From the NCBI GenBank assembly GCA_035405645.1, contig DAONJL010000027.1:1-32989 (forward strand): a stretch of DNA of 32,989 nt. The letters are read 5' to 3'. A program made the position numbers and the translations under genes. This DNA is from a bacterium (GTDB lineage: Bacteria; JAGOBX01; DAONJL01). Positions 1 to 9,685 of this stretch are shown here, one piece after another. Every line of letters begins with the position of its first letter. Position 1 is the stretch's first letter. Below the pieces are notes generated by a model. The model saw nothing but the letters and a program-made list of their open reading frames with translations. It did no database searches and was not told the origin of the DNA.

Positions 1-59
1 TGCTATTTTTGCTGTTTCATCATCTGTTTGTTCTTTTCTAAAAAATTATTAAATTTATA

Positions 60-89
60 TTGACAGATAATTTTATATTTTAATAAAAT
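60..89 (+). promoter_or_regulatory. candidate sigma70-type promoter upstream of the giant adhesin gene
   Basis: TTGACA at 60-65, 18-nt spacer, TAAAAT at 84-89. A strong SD (AAGGAG, 111-116) lies 5 nt before the ATG at 122. The background is AT-rich, so a chance match is possible. Confidence 0.3.
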
Positions 90-121
90 TAATATATTAA
101 CATCTGCAAAAAGGAGTTATA

Positions 122-3100
122 ATGAAAAAAAAATATTTTCTTTTTTTATTATTTTTTTTTCTCTTTTCTTTTAACCTTTTTTCTTATCAGGTATTAATAT
201 CAGAAAATTTTGATGGTTCTGAATTTCCACCTGCTGGTTGGATTATTGGACCAGGAACTGATACTTATACTACAAATCATAGTTCACCTTATAGTGTTCG
301 TTTTAATGCAAATGGTGATTCATTGATTACACCTTTATTAAATAATCCTGATACTATTTCATTTTATATTTATTCTGCTGCTGGAACGCCTGTTAGTTTT
401 CTTATTGAAAAATCTGATACTATTACAACTGGCTGGACTACTTTATTAGAAATTACTGATGATTTAAAGAGTAAATTTAATTATTATTCAATTGATTTAT
501 CTTCATTTTCAAATATTTATATTAAGTTCAGACGAAATACAACTACTTCAAAATATTATTATATAGATGATGTTGTAATAACAGCACGCGAAACACAAGC
601 ACCTACATCAGAACTTGAAAAACCTGTAATATTATCACCTACCACTTCTCTAAATTATAATACTGGTGGTTTTACAATTTCACAGATAACTTTAAGTGGA
701 ACAGCAGCAATTGGCTGCACTGTCTCTCTTTTTTTAAATAATTTATTTTTATTTGATTCTCCAAATTTACAATCTATAAATTGGTCTTTTCTTATTAGTA
801 TTAATTCTGGCTTAAAAATAAATGATACAAATATTATTGCAGTTCGCGCTGATAGTGCTTCAATCTATTCTGACACTGCTTATTTGAATTTAATTATTGA
901 TACATTACCACCAATTCAAAAAACACAATTAAATATTCCAAATTCAACAAATGCTATCGTTAATTTTAATGTTGATATTTTTGCTGACTCTTCTTTAATT
1001 TCAACTTATATCGTTGAATTATCAAAAACGAGTTCTTTTACAACAATAATTGATTCTTATCAATCATCAACACCACAAATAACATCAAATCCATTATCAG
1101 AAGATACATATTATATAAGAGTGAAAGCAATTGATATTTTTGGACAGGCGAGTGAATATTCAAATGTTGATGAATTTCAAATCCAGAAAATAAAAGTTGT
1201 AATAAATGAAATAAATTCTGATAACACACAATCAGGTGGAGCAGAAGATGCGAATGGAGATGGCGTGTGGGATGATAAAGATGATTTTATTGAAATTTAT
1301 AATTATGGTGATGTAGCAGTTGATATTTCAAACTGGAAATTAAGTGATAATGATACAAATTCTTATGAATTTACTTTTCCAGCAGGCACAATTATTGAAC
1401 CAAAAGAATTTATTACAGTGTTTGGTGGTACAGACACTTCTATTATTAAAAATATTTCAGGAAAATATTTTGGTTGTAATGGTTTAAGTATAAATGCTAC
1501 TTCTGCTGATACTGTTTATTTATTTGATAATAACAATAATGTAATTGATTCGTATGCTTATACAACTTCTGGAAATGCTGAAATAGATGCAGACCAATCA
1601 ATTACACGCTACCCTGATGGCACTGGCTCTTTTATAAAGTCTTCTTTAGTTCATCCTGCTAAAAAAAGAGTAACACCAAATCGACCATATAATGATATGG
1701 ATGGTTTTTTAAATGCTTCTATTACACCATCATCAATGACATCAGGAATTTTTTTTGAAATAAAAATTGATTTAATAGCAGAAACAAATACTGGCGGAGG
1801 AACAATTGCTATTATTTTACCTTCTTATTTTCCTGCTTTTTCTTTAAATAGTGATGATTCAGGTTATTTTACATTTTCAGGTTCAAAAGCGATACAGACT
1901 TCAAATTTTCAATTGCAATCAAATATATTATTTATAACATTGCCAGATTCATATTCTTATCAGGATACACTTTCAATTATTTATGGTGCAGGTAATAAAG
2001 CAATTGTTTCATTATCAAATTTTACTATTGATTCAATTTCAGTATTTTTTTCTGATAGTAATGTGTATGGTGGTTTGTTAAAAGCTGCAACATATAATAT
2101 TGCAATTTATTTACAGGATTTAACACCGCCTGCTTCTATAACTGATTTGCAGGTTGTATCTGTTTCTTCAACAAGTGTTACACTACAATGGACTGCTTCT
2201 GGTGATAATGGCACTGACGGCACTGCTGCCAGTTATGATATTAGATACTCATTAACACCAATAAATGATACAACAGCATTTTTAAGCGCCCAGCAGGCAG
2301 CTGGTATATCAGCCAAAACTCCAGCACCAGGTGGTTCTATTGAATCTTTTACTGTTACTGGTCTTATTCCTGATGAAACTTATTATTTTGTAATTGCAGT
2401 TTTTGATGCTAATGGGAATACTTCACCAATTACATTTTCAAATGTGTCTGCTAAAACATCTATTGAATTTACAGACCATATAGTTATCAGTGAAGTAAAA
2501 TATGAAGGTGTTGGTTCTGCAAATGATGAATTTATAGAATTATATAATCCTGCTCCTTATGATATTAATATTTCTGGCTGGGTAATAAAAAAGAAAAGTG
2601 GAACAGGCACAACAGAAACAACGATAAAAACCATATCATCAAATAAGATTATAAAATCATTTGGTTATTTTTTAATTGCAAATACTGGCTTTGCACAAAT
2701 TAATACAATTATACCAGATGATACAACAACTCAAATTATTGCTGCAAATAATGTTATTCTTTTATATGATACTTCAAATACTTTAATTGATAAAGTAGGA
2801 TATGGCGTTGTTGGCGATTCTGAAATGCAAAGTTGCACTGATCCTGGTTCTGGCAAATCAATTGAACGAAAAGCACAGAAAAATTCAACTCCACTAAGTA
2901 TGACAACTGGTGCTGATTCTCTTGCTGGTAATAGTTTTGATATGAATAATAATTATTTTGATTTTATTGTTCGTGAATCACCCGACCCACAAAATAGTGT
3001 TTCTAATAAAGAAATTCCACCATATTTTACTTTACCATCTCCACCTACTCTTATTTATCCAGAAACAGATGTTATAACAAAAGATACAATTGCACATTTT

Positions 3101-6100
3101 GTTGGACTTTGTTCAAATGATTTAATTGGTTATAAAGTTTATTTAGTAAGAAATTCAGAAAAAATAGATAGTCAGATTATTGAACAGGAATCATTTATTT
3201 TTAATAATATTCCTTTAATTCAAAATTCAAATAATATCTTTTATTTTGTTATTGAAGATTCAGGAATAGCGAATTTATTTTCCAATCCGTCAAATGCAAT
3301 AAATATATTATGTGATGTTTCAGGACCACAACCTTCTTCTTTTTCTTTTGAAGATACTTATTCAATAAAACCAACATTAACTTTTCCAGTTTTTTCTGAT
3401 TCTATAAATATATCAAATTATATTGTTTATATTGATGATAATTTACAATTTTCTTCGCCAGATATTTATTCTGTTTCAACAAATAAAATTATAATCGATA
3501 CACCATTAGTTGAATTTACAACATATTATGTAAAAATTAAAGGAATTGATGCCCTTGACAATATTGGACAATTTTCTGAAATCGCTCAATTTACTATATT
3601 AGCATATATTCCAGCACCATTAATTACTGCACCTGTTAGTGGCTTTAATACAAAAGCAGAAACAATTATTATTTCAGGAACATATCCATCAATAAGTAAT
3701 GTTGATTCAGTTGTTTTATTTCTTGACAATATTGCTTATGATACTGTTAATTTGATAAATAATCAATTTTCATTTATTTTATCAAATATAAGTAATGGTA
3801 ATCATTCCTGTTATGTTAAAGCATATCAAAGCCAAAATAAATATTATAGCGCAAAATCAAATGAAATAAATTTTTTATTTGATAATGAAGGACCTGTGCC
3901 AATAACACTTTCATTTGATAAATTTTATTCAACAAATATAATTATTAGTTTTTCTGATTTTTCTGATTTAGTAGGTGTTGACACATATTTTATTTTTGTA
4001 TCACTAAACCAAGATTTATCTGATTCTACTACTTATATTACAAAATATCCATATTTAAGCATTAATCTTACTTATGATACATTTTATATAGGAGTTTATG
4101 CAATTGATAAATTAGGTAATATTGGACAGATGAGTAATATAGCACAATTAATAATAACAAATCAGACTGAAAAAAATTATTTACTAATTAGTGAAATATA
4201 TGCAAAAAATGGTAGTGAATTTGTCGAAATTTATAATCCATCAGCCAATGAAATTTCTGTTAAAGGTTATTATTTAGCGTATTTTACAAAAGATAGAAAT
4301 TGGAATCAACCTTATAGAAACTATGCTTTTCCAAATACGACCATAAAACCTTTTAGTTATTTTTTAATTGCTTTTTCTTATACTGGTTCAGCAGATTGGC
4401 AACCAACAACAAGTGATGTATTAAATGGTGCAGAAGGTTCAATTGGTATTTTTGATACTGATGTATCAAAATTAACAGTGGAACAAGCACAAACACGAAA
4501 AATTGATGTTGTTGGCTGGGGTGGTGCACAATTTGTTTTTGAAGGCACGAAATTATCTGCAATAAACGATAGTCCAGTAGAACGAAAAGCAAATCAAAAT
4601 TCAACATCAGCATCAATGACATCTGGTGCTGATTTATTGGCTGGTAATTCTTATGATTCAGATAATAACTCAAATGATTTTGTTTTTAATTCTTCACCTA
4701 ATCCACAAAATTCAAATTTTACTGAACCTGATTTTATTTCACCAAATGATGTTATTATTGATACTATTGTTCCATCAAGTAATGCTGTTGTAATTTATTG
4801 GCAAATTTCAACTGCCTCTGATTTTGCTAAATATGAAATTTATTTTAGCACTGAAGAAATAAGTTATATTAATGATGCAGTTTTAATAAAGACAATTGAA
4901 GACAAAAATATAACACAGGCAAAGATAACTGATTTACAAAATAATGTTAAATATTATTTTGCTGTTGTTGCTGTTGATTTTGCTAATAATAAAGATTTAT
5001 TTCCTTCATCAGTTATTTCTGCTATTCCTTTAACTTCACTTGCTGATAATACTCCACCTTTACAAATAAATGATTTGCGAGTAAGTGATTCCACTGCTAC
5101 ATCAATAAAATTAATTTGGACAACACCAGTTGATGAAGAACAGGGTAAACCAGAACAATATATTTTAAAATATTCTACCACTCCAATTCAAACAATAAAT
5201 GATTTTTATAATGCAACACTTGATACTGCAATATTAAGCAAAAAACCTTTAAATGCTGGTGAAATTGATTCTTATACAGTATTAAATTTATTACCTGCTA
5301 CTTTATATTATTTTGCTCTTGTCTCTGTTGATTTACACAATAATACTTCTAATATTTCTATTGTTTCCTCTTATACAAAATCAGGTATTAGTGAAACAAT
5401 AGTGATAAGCGAATTAGGTAAAAAATATAATAATATAAGTAATAACCATTATGTTGAATTATATAATCCAACGAATGAAGTAGTATCATTAAATGGTTAT
5501 GCATTACAGCGTGGTACAGGCAAACCAGGAACTGTTTCAAAAATTACATTTAGTGCAAATGATAAAATTTTACCTTATAGTTATTTTTTAGTTGCTAATG
5601 ACGCTGCATCAGAAACAATGCTTGCTTTGGCTGATAAAACATTTGAAGATTTAACTTTTGGAACTGATGGTTTTATCGCTTTAACTCCATTCTCAGAAAA
5701 TATATCAGAAAATAATTATCATCTTGCAGTTGATTTAGTTGGCTGGTCAAAAGATGCATTTAGTGAAGGTTCACCTTTTTCTTCTGCACCTGCTGATAAT
5801 AAAAGTTTAGAACGCAAGGCAAAAATTACATCAACAAAAGAATCATTATCAACTGATGCTGATTCACAATCTGCTAATGCTTTTGATAGTAATGATAATT
5901 TACTTGATTTTGTTGTACAGGATAAACCTGTTCCACAATCTTCCAAATCATTAGTTGAAATACCAGCAGGAATAAGTTCACCTGATACAGTTCCACCACA
6001 AAAATTAACTACATTAACTGCATTTGATTATTTTGAAAATGGCGCAATCAAATTACAATGGCAACCTGTTATTGATTATGATAATTATGGCAGAAAATCA

Positions 6101-9100
6101 ACTATCTTAAAATATATAATTAAATATTCACAATCACCAATACAAAATGAAACAGATTTTAATAATGCAACAACTATTTTTAGTGATATAATGAATATTT
6201 CACCTGATAGTAATTATGTGAATTATATAATAAAAAATTTAAATCCTGGTTTAACTTATTATTTTGCTATAAAAACAGAAGATAGATTTCAGAATGTTTC
6301 TGAAATATCTAATAGTATTTCTCATACGGCATTTATTATGCCTGTTTTAATTACATCTAATATTCAGAATAATCAAAATAATGTTTTTACCAATACAAAA
6401 ATTATTTTATCTTTTTCACAAGCAATGGATACTAATTCAGTTATACAAAATTTATCTATTACACCAACACAAAATTATAATTATAACTGGCTCGATGAAC
6501 AGACATTAGAAATAATAATAAATTTAACAACAAACCAGAAATATCAAATAAAAATCAGAGCTGATAATACTTATGATAAACAACATATTACTTCAATTGA
6601 TGGTAATAATAATGGTTTTGCAGAAGGTTCGCCTTATGATAATTTTTTAATGGAATTTACAACTATAAAAAATTTAATTGTTATTCCTGATGAGATAAAT
6701 ACAAATTATGAAATTACTATAAATGATTTATTATTGAGTGATTCAATTACTACAATTTATTTAAATAATTGTCCTGAATTAAAAATAAATATAACTGGCT
6801 TAAATAATTTTGATAAATGGTGCATTAATTATATACCTGATGATACTGGCAATTATCTCACAATTTCAACTGATTTTAATAAAATAGTTGATAGCCAAAA
6901 TAATTTTTATATTGCAAATGATACAAATTTGAATAGAACAATTCAATTATATGCTGTTGATAAAGAAGGTAATGAAATTAGTTCACCTGATTTTGAGTTA
7001 AAATTTTATTATAATTATTTATCATATCAATCAGAAAATTATTTAGGAATTTTTAAAGATATAAGTTCTAATGAAAATATTTTGTATTTTGCTGAAATAA
7101 TAAATAAAGATTATTTTGATAATTCTATTTGTTCTGATACTGATTATGAATTAAATACAACCAATAAATACATTTCAATAAAAGTAAAAAAGAATGGCAA
7201 ATATGGAATTGGTGAGCGGTCATTAAATATTTATTCACTTGATAAACAAAATATTTCCATTTCATTGCAAAATAATTTAGATTCAATTGTAATTGCTGCT
7301 TTTAATATTACTGGTAAGTATTCTGATGATATAATAAAATCTATAAAATTTACTAATTTATATAATTTAACAAATAATTCTGTTACAGTTTATTTATATA
7401 AAAGTAATGATAATAATTATGATGCTACTGATATATTTATTTGTAAATTACAAAAATCAGATACATATAGTTTTAAAAATCCTGTTGATATTCCAATCTC
7501 TGAAAATTATAAGTTCTTGCTCATAGGTGATTTTAAAAATATTAATACTGGTGATGCAATTTCATTATTTATTTCAAAAGAAGATTTGATTTTAGAAAAT
7601 TCTGATACAACAAATTTAATTAGTGATATTTATTCTGAAAAAATAGTTAGTTTTTATGATGTTGCTTCTGCTGATGAACAGGTAAAGGTTTTAATAAATG
7701 AATTATGTATAACACCAAAACAGGATTGGAGTAGTGTAAATTATCAATATACATTAAATAGTAGTTTTTCGTCAACAAAAGTTGGTGATGATGATGAATT
7801 TATCGAATTATTAAATAACACAAATAAAGCAATTGATATATCGAGTTGGAATTTGATTGTGAAAGATAATGAGAATGAACGATGTAATGTAACATTTACA
7901 GAATTAGCAAATGATACAACAGTTGTATTAAATTTTAGTAAAGGAGGAAATATTACAAATTTTTTACCTGATGAATATTTAGTTATTGGTAATCCTCCAT
8001 CATCTTTAATTTCTGATATTCAGGTTTTATTGTATAATAACTTAAATCAACTTATAGACAGTGTAACAACAGGTTCTTTAAATGATGGAAATACACAGGA
8101 TAATGCACCATCAGGAACAGCAACATCATCAATTGATGAAGCAATTGCACGATTTCCTGATGCAACAAATACAGGTAATAATAAAACTGATTTTCGTAAA
8201 ATGACAGCAACACCAGGCTATCGAAATCTTATTGTGCCTGTTGCACCAACTATTATTTTTCCATTTAATTCTGCTAATGTTGATACTTATTATTGTATGA
8301 ATAGTTCTATTTTATTACAGGGACTGGCTAATTATGGAACAATGATTGTAATTGAATTAAATGATGTAAATATAATTGAAACAAAAGCAAATATATTTGA
8401 TAAATTTTCAGTTACATTAAATCCAGAGAATGGAATAAATATCAATAATTCAAATATAATTAAATGTTTCAGTTATACTTATGATAATGATAACATTATT
8501 AAATCAGATGATATAACAAAATATATTGTAATTGATACTTTATTACCACAGGTTTCTTTAATAAAACCTATTGAACATTTTTATTCGAGTGATTACTCCC
8601 AAAAAATAAATTTAATTGGTAAAGTAACTTCTGTCATTCCTATAAAAGAAGTTAAAATTAAGAGAAATGGTTTTGATACAGAAACAATATATCTTGATGA
8701 AAATAACTATTTTTATTATAGTTTTGAACTTGATACAGATTATCAGACAACATTAAGTATAATGCCAATTAATTTATTAGGTTATTACAAAGAGAATATA
8801 TTTAATTTTTATAGAATAAATAAAATAGCAGAAATTGTTTTAGATACAGATATTATTGTTGATACTAATAATTTATTTAGTAATAAATCTGTTTCGTATT
8901 TAATAAACAATTATAATGAACCTTCTATAGAATTAAATATACCAAATAAATTAAAGAATAATTATGATAATAATTGGAATTTACGAATAAAATTAAAAGA
9001 AGACAATAAGTATTATTTCACAATAATAAAAGCAGATACAGTTGAATATGAATATGGAACAGAAGAAATGCTTGATTATAAAGAAAATTCGTTTACATTA

Positions 9101-9685
9101 GTAAAATTTCAACTAACTGATATAAAAGGAAATTATGTAGGCGATAGTGATATTTATGATACTTTAACATTAATATTTAATTTGAAAAGTGCAACAGAGA
9201 AATTAAGTGATATAAATAAGATTGGAATATTTAGATTTGATGAAGAAAATAAAAAATGGAATTATTTAGGTGATACGAATATTAAACGATATAGTGATTC
9301 AATAGTAGCAAATATAAATCATTTATCAATTTATATGGCAGGTACATTAAATACTTTTTTAGCGCCATCATCCAATTTAGCAAATGTAATTGTTTATCCA
9401 AATCCATTTATTCCAAATGATAATAATGATAATACAGGTAAAGAATGGACAGGTATTGATGATGGCAGTGGTATTTATATTTCAGGACTGTCACCAAATT
9501 CAAATATAGAAATTTATGATATATCAGGTAGCAAAGTTTTTGACATCATAGCACCAGCGCAGAATGGTTATTATCAATGGAATTGTCGTAATAAAAGTGG
9601 CAATAAAGTTGCCTCTGGTATTTATATTTTAGTTGTTTCAAATAATGGTGAAAAAGTAATTAAAAAAATAGGAGTGATTAGATAA
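122..9685 (+). CDS. giant secreted T9SS-cargo surface protein with five LTD modules, multiple Fn3/Ig-like (Big) domains and a C-terminal Por/T9SS sorting domain
   Basis: Uninterrupted 9.5-kb ORF in an AT-rich genome where stop codons are frequent. N-terminal signal peptide MKKKYFLFLLFFFLFSFNLFS. Five copies of the LTD core (DDFIEIYNYG, DEFIELYNP, EFVEIYNPS, HYVELYNPT, DEFIELLNNT). Fn3-like segments starting TPP...LQW and ending ...YDIRYS and YYFxxxAVD. The C-terminus (VIVYPNPF...IEIYDISGSKV...WNCRNKSGNKVASGIYILVV) matches the T9SS type-A C-terminal sorting domain pattern. Confidence 0.93.
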   Translation: MKKKYFLFLLFFFLFSFNLFSYQVLISENFDGSEFPPAGWIIGPGTDTYTTNHSSPYSVRFNANGDSLITPLLNNPDTISFYIYSAAGTPVSFLIEKSDTITTGWTTLLEITDDLKSKFNYYSIDLSSFSNIYIKFRRNTTTSKYYYIDDVVITARETQAPTSELEKPVILSPTTSLNYNTGGFTISQITLSGTAAIGCTVSLFLNNLFLFDSPNLQSINWSFLISINSGLKINDTNIIAVRADSASIYSDTAYLNLIIDTLPPIQKTQLNIPNSTNAIVNFNVDIFADSSLISTYIVELSKTSSFTTIIDSYQSSTPQITSNPLSEDTYYIRVKAIDIFGQASEYSNVDEFQIQKIKVVINEINSDNTQSGGAEDANGDGVWDDKDDFIEIYNYGDVAVDISNWKLSDNDTNSYEFTFPAGTIIEPKEFITVFGGTDTSIIKNISGKYFGCNGLSINATSADTVYLFDNNNNVIDSYAYTTSGNAEIDADQSITRYPDGTGSFIKSSLVHPAKKRVTPNRPYNDMDGFLNASITPSSMTSGIFFEIKIDLIAETNTGGGTIAIILPSYFPAFSLNSDDSGYFTFSGSKAIQTSNFQLQSNILFITLPDSYSYQDTLSIIYGAGNKAIVSLSNFTIDSISVFFSDSNVYGGLLKAATYNIAIYLQDLTPPASITDLQVVSVSSTSVTLQWTASGDNGTDGTAASYDIRYSLTPINDTTAFLSAQQAAGISAKTPAPGGSIESFTVTGLIPDETYYFVIAVFDANGNTSPITFSNVSAKTSIEFTDHIVISEVKYEGVGSANDEFIELYNPAPYDINISGWVIKKKSGTGTTETTIKTISSNKIIKSFGYFLIANTGFAQINTIIPDDTTTQIIAANNVILLYDTSNTLIDKVGYGVVGDSEMQSCTDPGSGKSIERKAQKNSTPLSMTTGADSLAGNSFDMNNNYFDFIVRESPDPQNSVSNKEIPPYFTLPSPPTLIYPETDVITKDTIAHFVGLCSNDLIGYKVYLVRNSEKIDSQIIEQESFIFNNIPLIQNSNNIFYFVIEDSGIANLFSNPSNAINILCDVSGPQPSSFSFEDTYSIKPTLTFPVFSDSINISNYIVYIDDNLQFSSPDIYSVSTNKIIIDTPLVEFTTYYVKIKGIDALDNIGQFSEIAQFTILAYIPAPLITAPVSGFNTKAETIIISGTYPSISNVDSVVLFLDNIAYDTVNLINNQFSFILSNISNGNHSCYVKAYQSQNKYYSAKSNEINFLFDNEGPVPITLSFDKFYSTNIIISFSDFSDLVGVDTYFIFVSLNQDLSDSTTYITKYPYLSINLTYDTFYIGVYAIDKLGNIGQMSNIAQLIITNQTEKNYLLISEIYAKNGSEFVEIYNPSANEISVKGYYLAYFTKDRNWNQPYRNYAFPNTTIKPFSYFLIAFSYTGSADWQPTTSDVLNGAEGSIGIFDTDVSKLTVEQAQTRKIDVVGWGGAQFVFEGTKLSAINDSPVERKANQNSTSASMTSGADLLAGNSYDSDNNSNDFVFNSSPNPQNSNFTEPDFISPNDVIIDTIVPSSNAVVIYWQISTASDFAKYEIYFSTEEISYINDAVLIKTIEDKNITQAKITDLQNNVKYYFAVVAVDFANNKDLFPSSVISAIPLTSLADNTPPLQINDLRVSDSTATSIKLIWTTPVDEEQGKPEQYILKYSTTPIQTINDFYNATLDTAILSKKPLNAGEIDSYTVLNLLPATLYYFALVSVDLHNNTSNISIVSSYTKSGISETIVISELGKKYNNISNNHYVELYNPTNEVVSLNGYALQRGTGKPGTVSKITFSANDKILPYSYFLVANDAASETMLALADKTFEDLTFGTDGFIALTPFSENISENNYHLAVDLVGWSKDAFSEGSPFSSAPADNKSLERKAKITSTKESLSTDADSQSANAFDSNDNLLDFVVQDKPVPQSSKSLVEIPAGISSPDTVPPQKLTTLTAFDYFENGAIKLQWQPVIDYDNYGRKSTILKYIIKYSQSPIQNETDFNNATTIFSDIMNISPDSNYVNYIIKNLNPGLTYYFAIKTEDRFQNVSEISNSISHTAFIMPVLITSNIQNNQNNVFTNTKIILSFSQAMDTNSVIQNLSITPTQNYNYNWLDEQTLEIIINLTTNQKYQIKIRADNTYDKQHITSIDGNNNGFAEGSPYDNFLMEFTTIKNLIVIPDEINTNYEITINDLLLSDSITTIYLNNCPELKINITGLNNFDKWCINYIPDDTGNYLTISTDFNKIVDSQNNFYIANDTNLNRTIQLYAVDKEGNEISSPDFELKFYYNYLSYQSENYLGIFKDISSNENILYFAEIINKDYFDNSICSDTDYELNTTNKYISIKVKKNGKYGIGERSLNIYSLDKQNISISLQNNLDSIVIAAFNITGKYSDDIIKSIKFTNLYNLTNNSVTVYLYKSNDNNYDATDIFICKLQKSDTYSFKNPVDIPISENYKFLLIGDFKNINTGDAISLFISKEDLILENSDTTNLISDIYSEKIVSFYDVASADEQVKVLINELCITPKQDWSSVNYQYTLNSSFSSTKVGDDDEFIELLNNTNKAIDISSWNLIVKDNENERCNVTFTELANDTTVVLNFSKGGNITNFLPDEYLVIGNPPSSLISDIQVLLYNNLNQLIDSVTTGSLNDGNTQDNAPSGTATSSIDEAIARFPDATNTGNNKTDFRKMTATPGYRNLIVPVAPTIIFPFNSANVDTYYCMNSSILLQGLANYGTMIVIELNDVNIIETKANIFDKFSVTLNPENGININNSNIIKCFSYTYDNDNIIKSDDITKYIVIDTLLPQVSLIKPIEHFYSSDYSQKINLIGKVTSVIPIKEVKIKRNGFDTETIYLDENNYFYYSFELDTDYQTTLSIMPINLLGYYKENIFNFYRINKIAEIVLDTDIIVDTNNLFSNKSVSYLINNYNEPSIELNIPNKLKNNYDNNWNLRIKLKEDNKYYFTIIKADTVEYEYGTEEMLDYKENSFTLVKFQLTDIKGNYVGDSDIYDTLTLIFNLKSATEKLSDINKIGIFRFDEENKKWNYLGDTNIKRYSDSIVANINHLSIYMAGTLNTFLAPSSNLANVIVYPNPFIPNDNNDNTGKEWTGIDDGSGIYISGLSPNSNIEIYDISGSKVFDIIAPAQNGYYQWNCRNKSGNKVASGIYILVVSNNGEKVIKKIGVIR
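1190..1651 (+). repeat. LTD (lamin tail domain) module copy 1 inside the giant CDS
   Basis: Protein aa ~357-510: KIKVVINEINSD...DDFIEIYNYGDVAVDISNWKLSD...ITRYPDGTGSF. Confidence 0.7.
2477..2995 (+). repeat. LTD module copy 2 with conserved ERKA...SMTTGAD..AGNS tail
   Basis: aa ~786-958: HIVISEVKYEG...NDEFIELYNPAPYDINISGW...IERKAQKNSTPLSMTTGADSLAGNSFD...DFIVRESPDPQNS. Confidence 0.75.
4175..4711 (+). repeat. LTD module copy 3 with conserved tail motif
   Basis: aa ~1352-1530: YLLISEIYAKNGSEFVEIYNPSANEISVKGYYL...VERKANQNSTSASMTSGADLLAGNSYD...NDFVFNSSPNPQNS. Confidence 0.75.
5390..5941 (+). repeat. LTD module copy 4 with conserved tail motif
   Basis: aa ~1757-1940: ETIVISELGKKYNNISNNHYVELYNPTNEVVSLNGYAL...LERKAKITSTKESLSTDADSQSANAFD...DFVVQDKPVPQSS. 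Confidence 0.75.
7685..8221 (+). repeat. LTD module copy 5 (more diverged)
   Basis: aa ~2522-2700: VLINELCITPKQD...DDEFIELLNNTNKAIDISSWNLIVKD...IARFPDATNTGNNKTDF. Confidence 0.6.
9380..9682 (+). other. T9SS (Por secretion system) C-terminal sorting domain of the giant protein
   Basis: Last ~100 aa: NVIVYPNPFIPND...IYISGLSPNSNIEIYDISGSKVFDII...YQWNCRNKSGNKVASGIYILVVSNNGEKVIKKIGVIR. This is the canonical TIGR04183-like pattern (YPNPF ... IYD.SG.KV ... W.G.N..G..V.SGIY). Confidence 0.85.

Noticed and set aside
1-59. Possible 3' end of an upstream gene in the first 60 nt
   Set aside because: The fragment is too short. More than one frame is open to a stop and there is no recognisable motif.
1038-5946. 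Minus-strand ORFs of 63-106 aa inside the giant gene (1038-1229, 4353-4673, 4954-5181, 5719-5946)
   Set aside because: They are antisense to a very high-confidence CDS. Their low-complexity L/H/Q-rich translations are typical of the antisense frame of AT-rich coding DNA.
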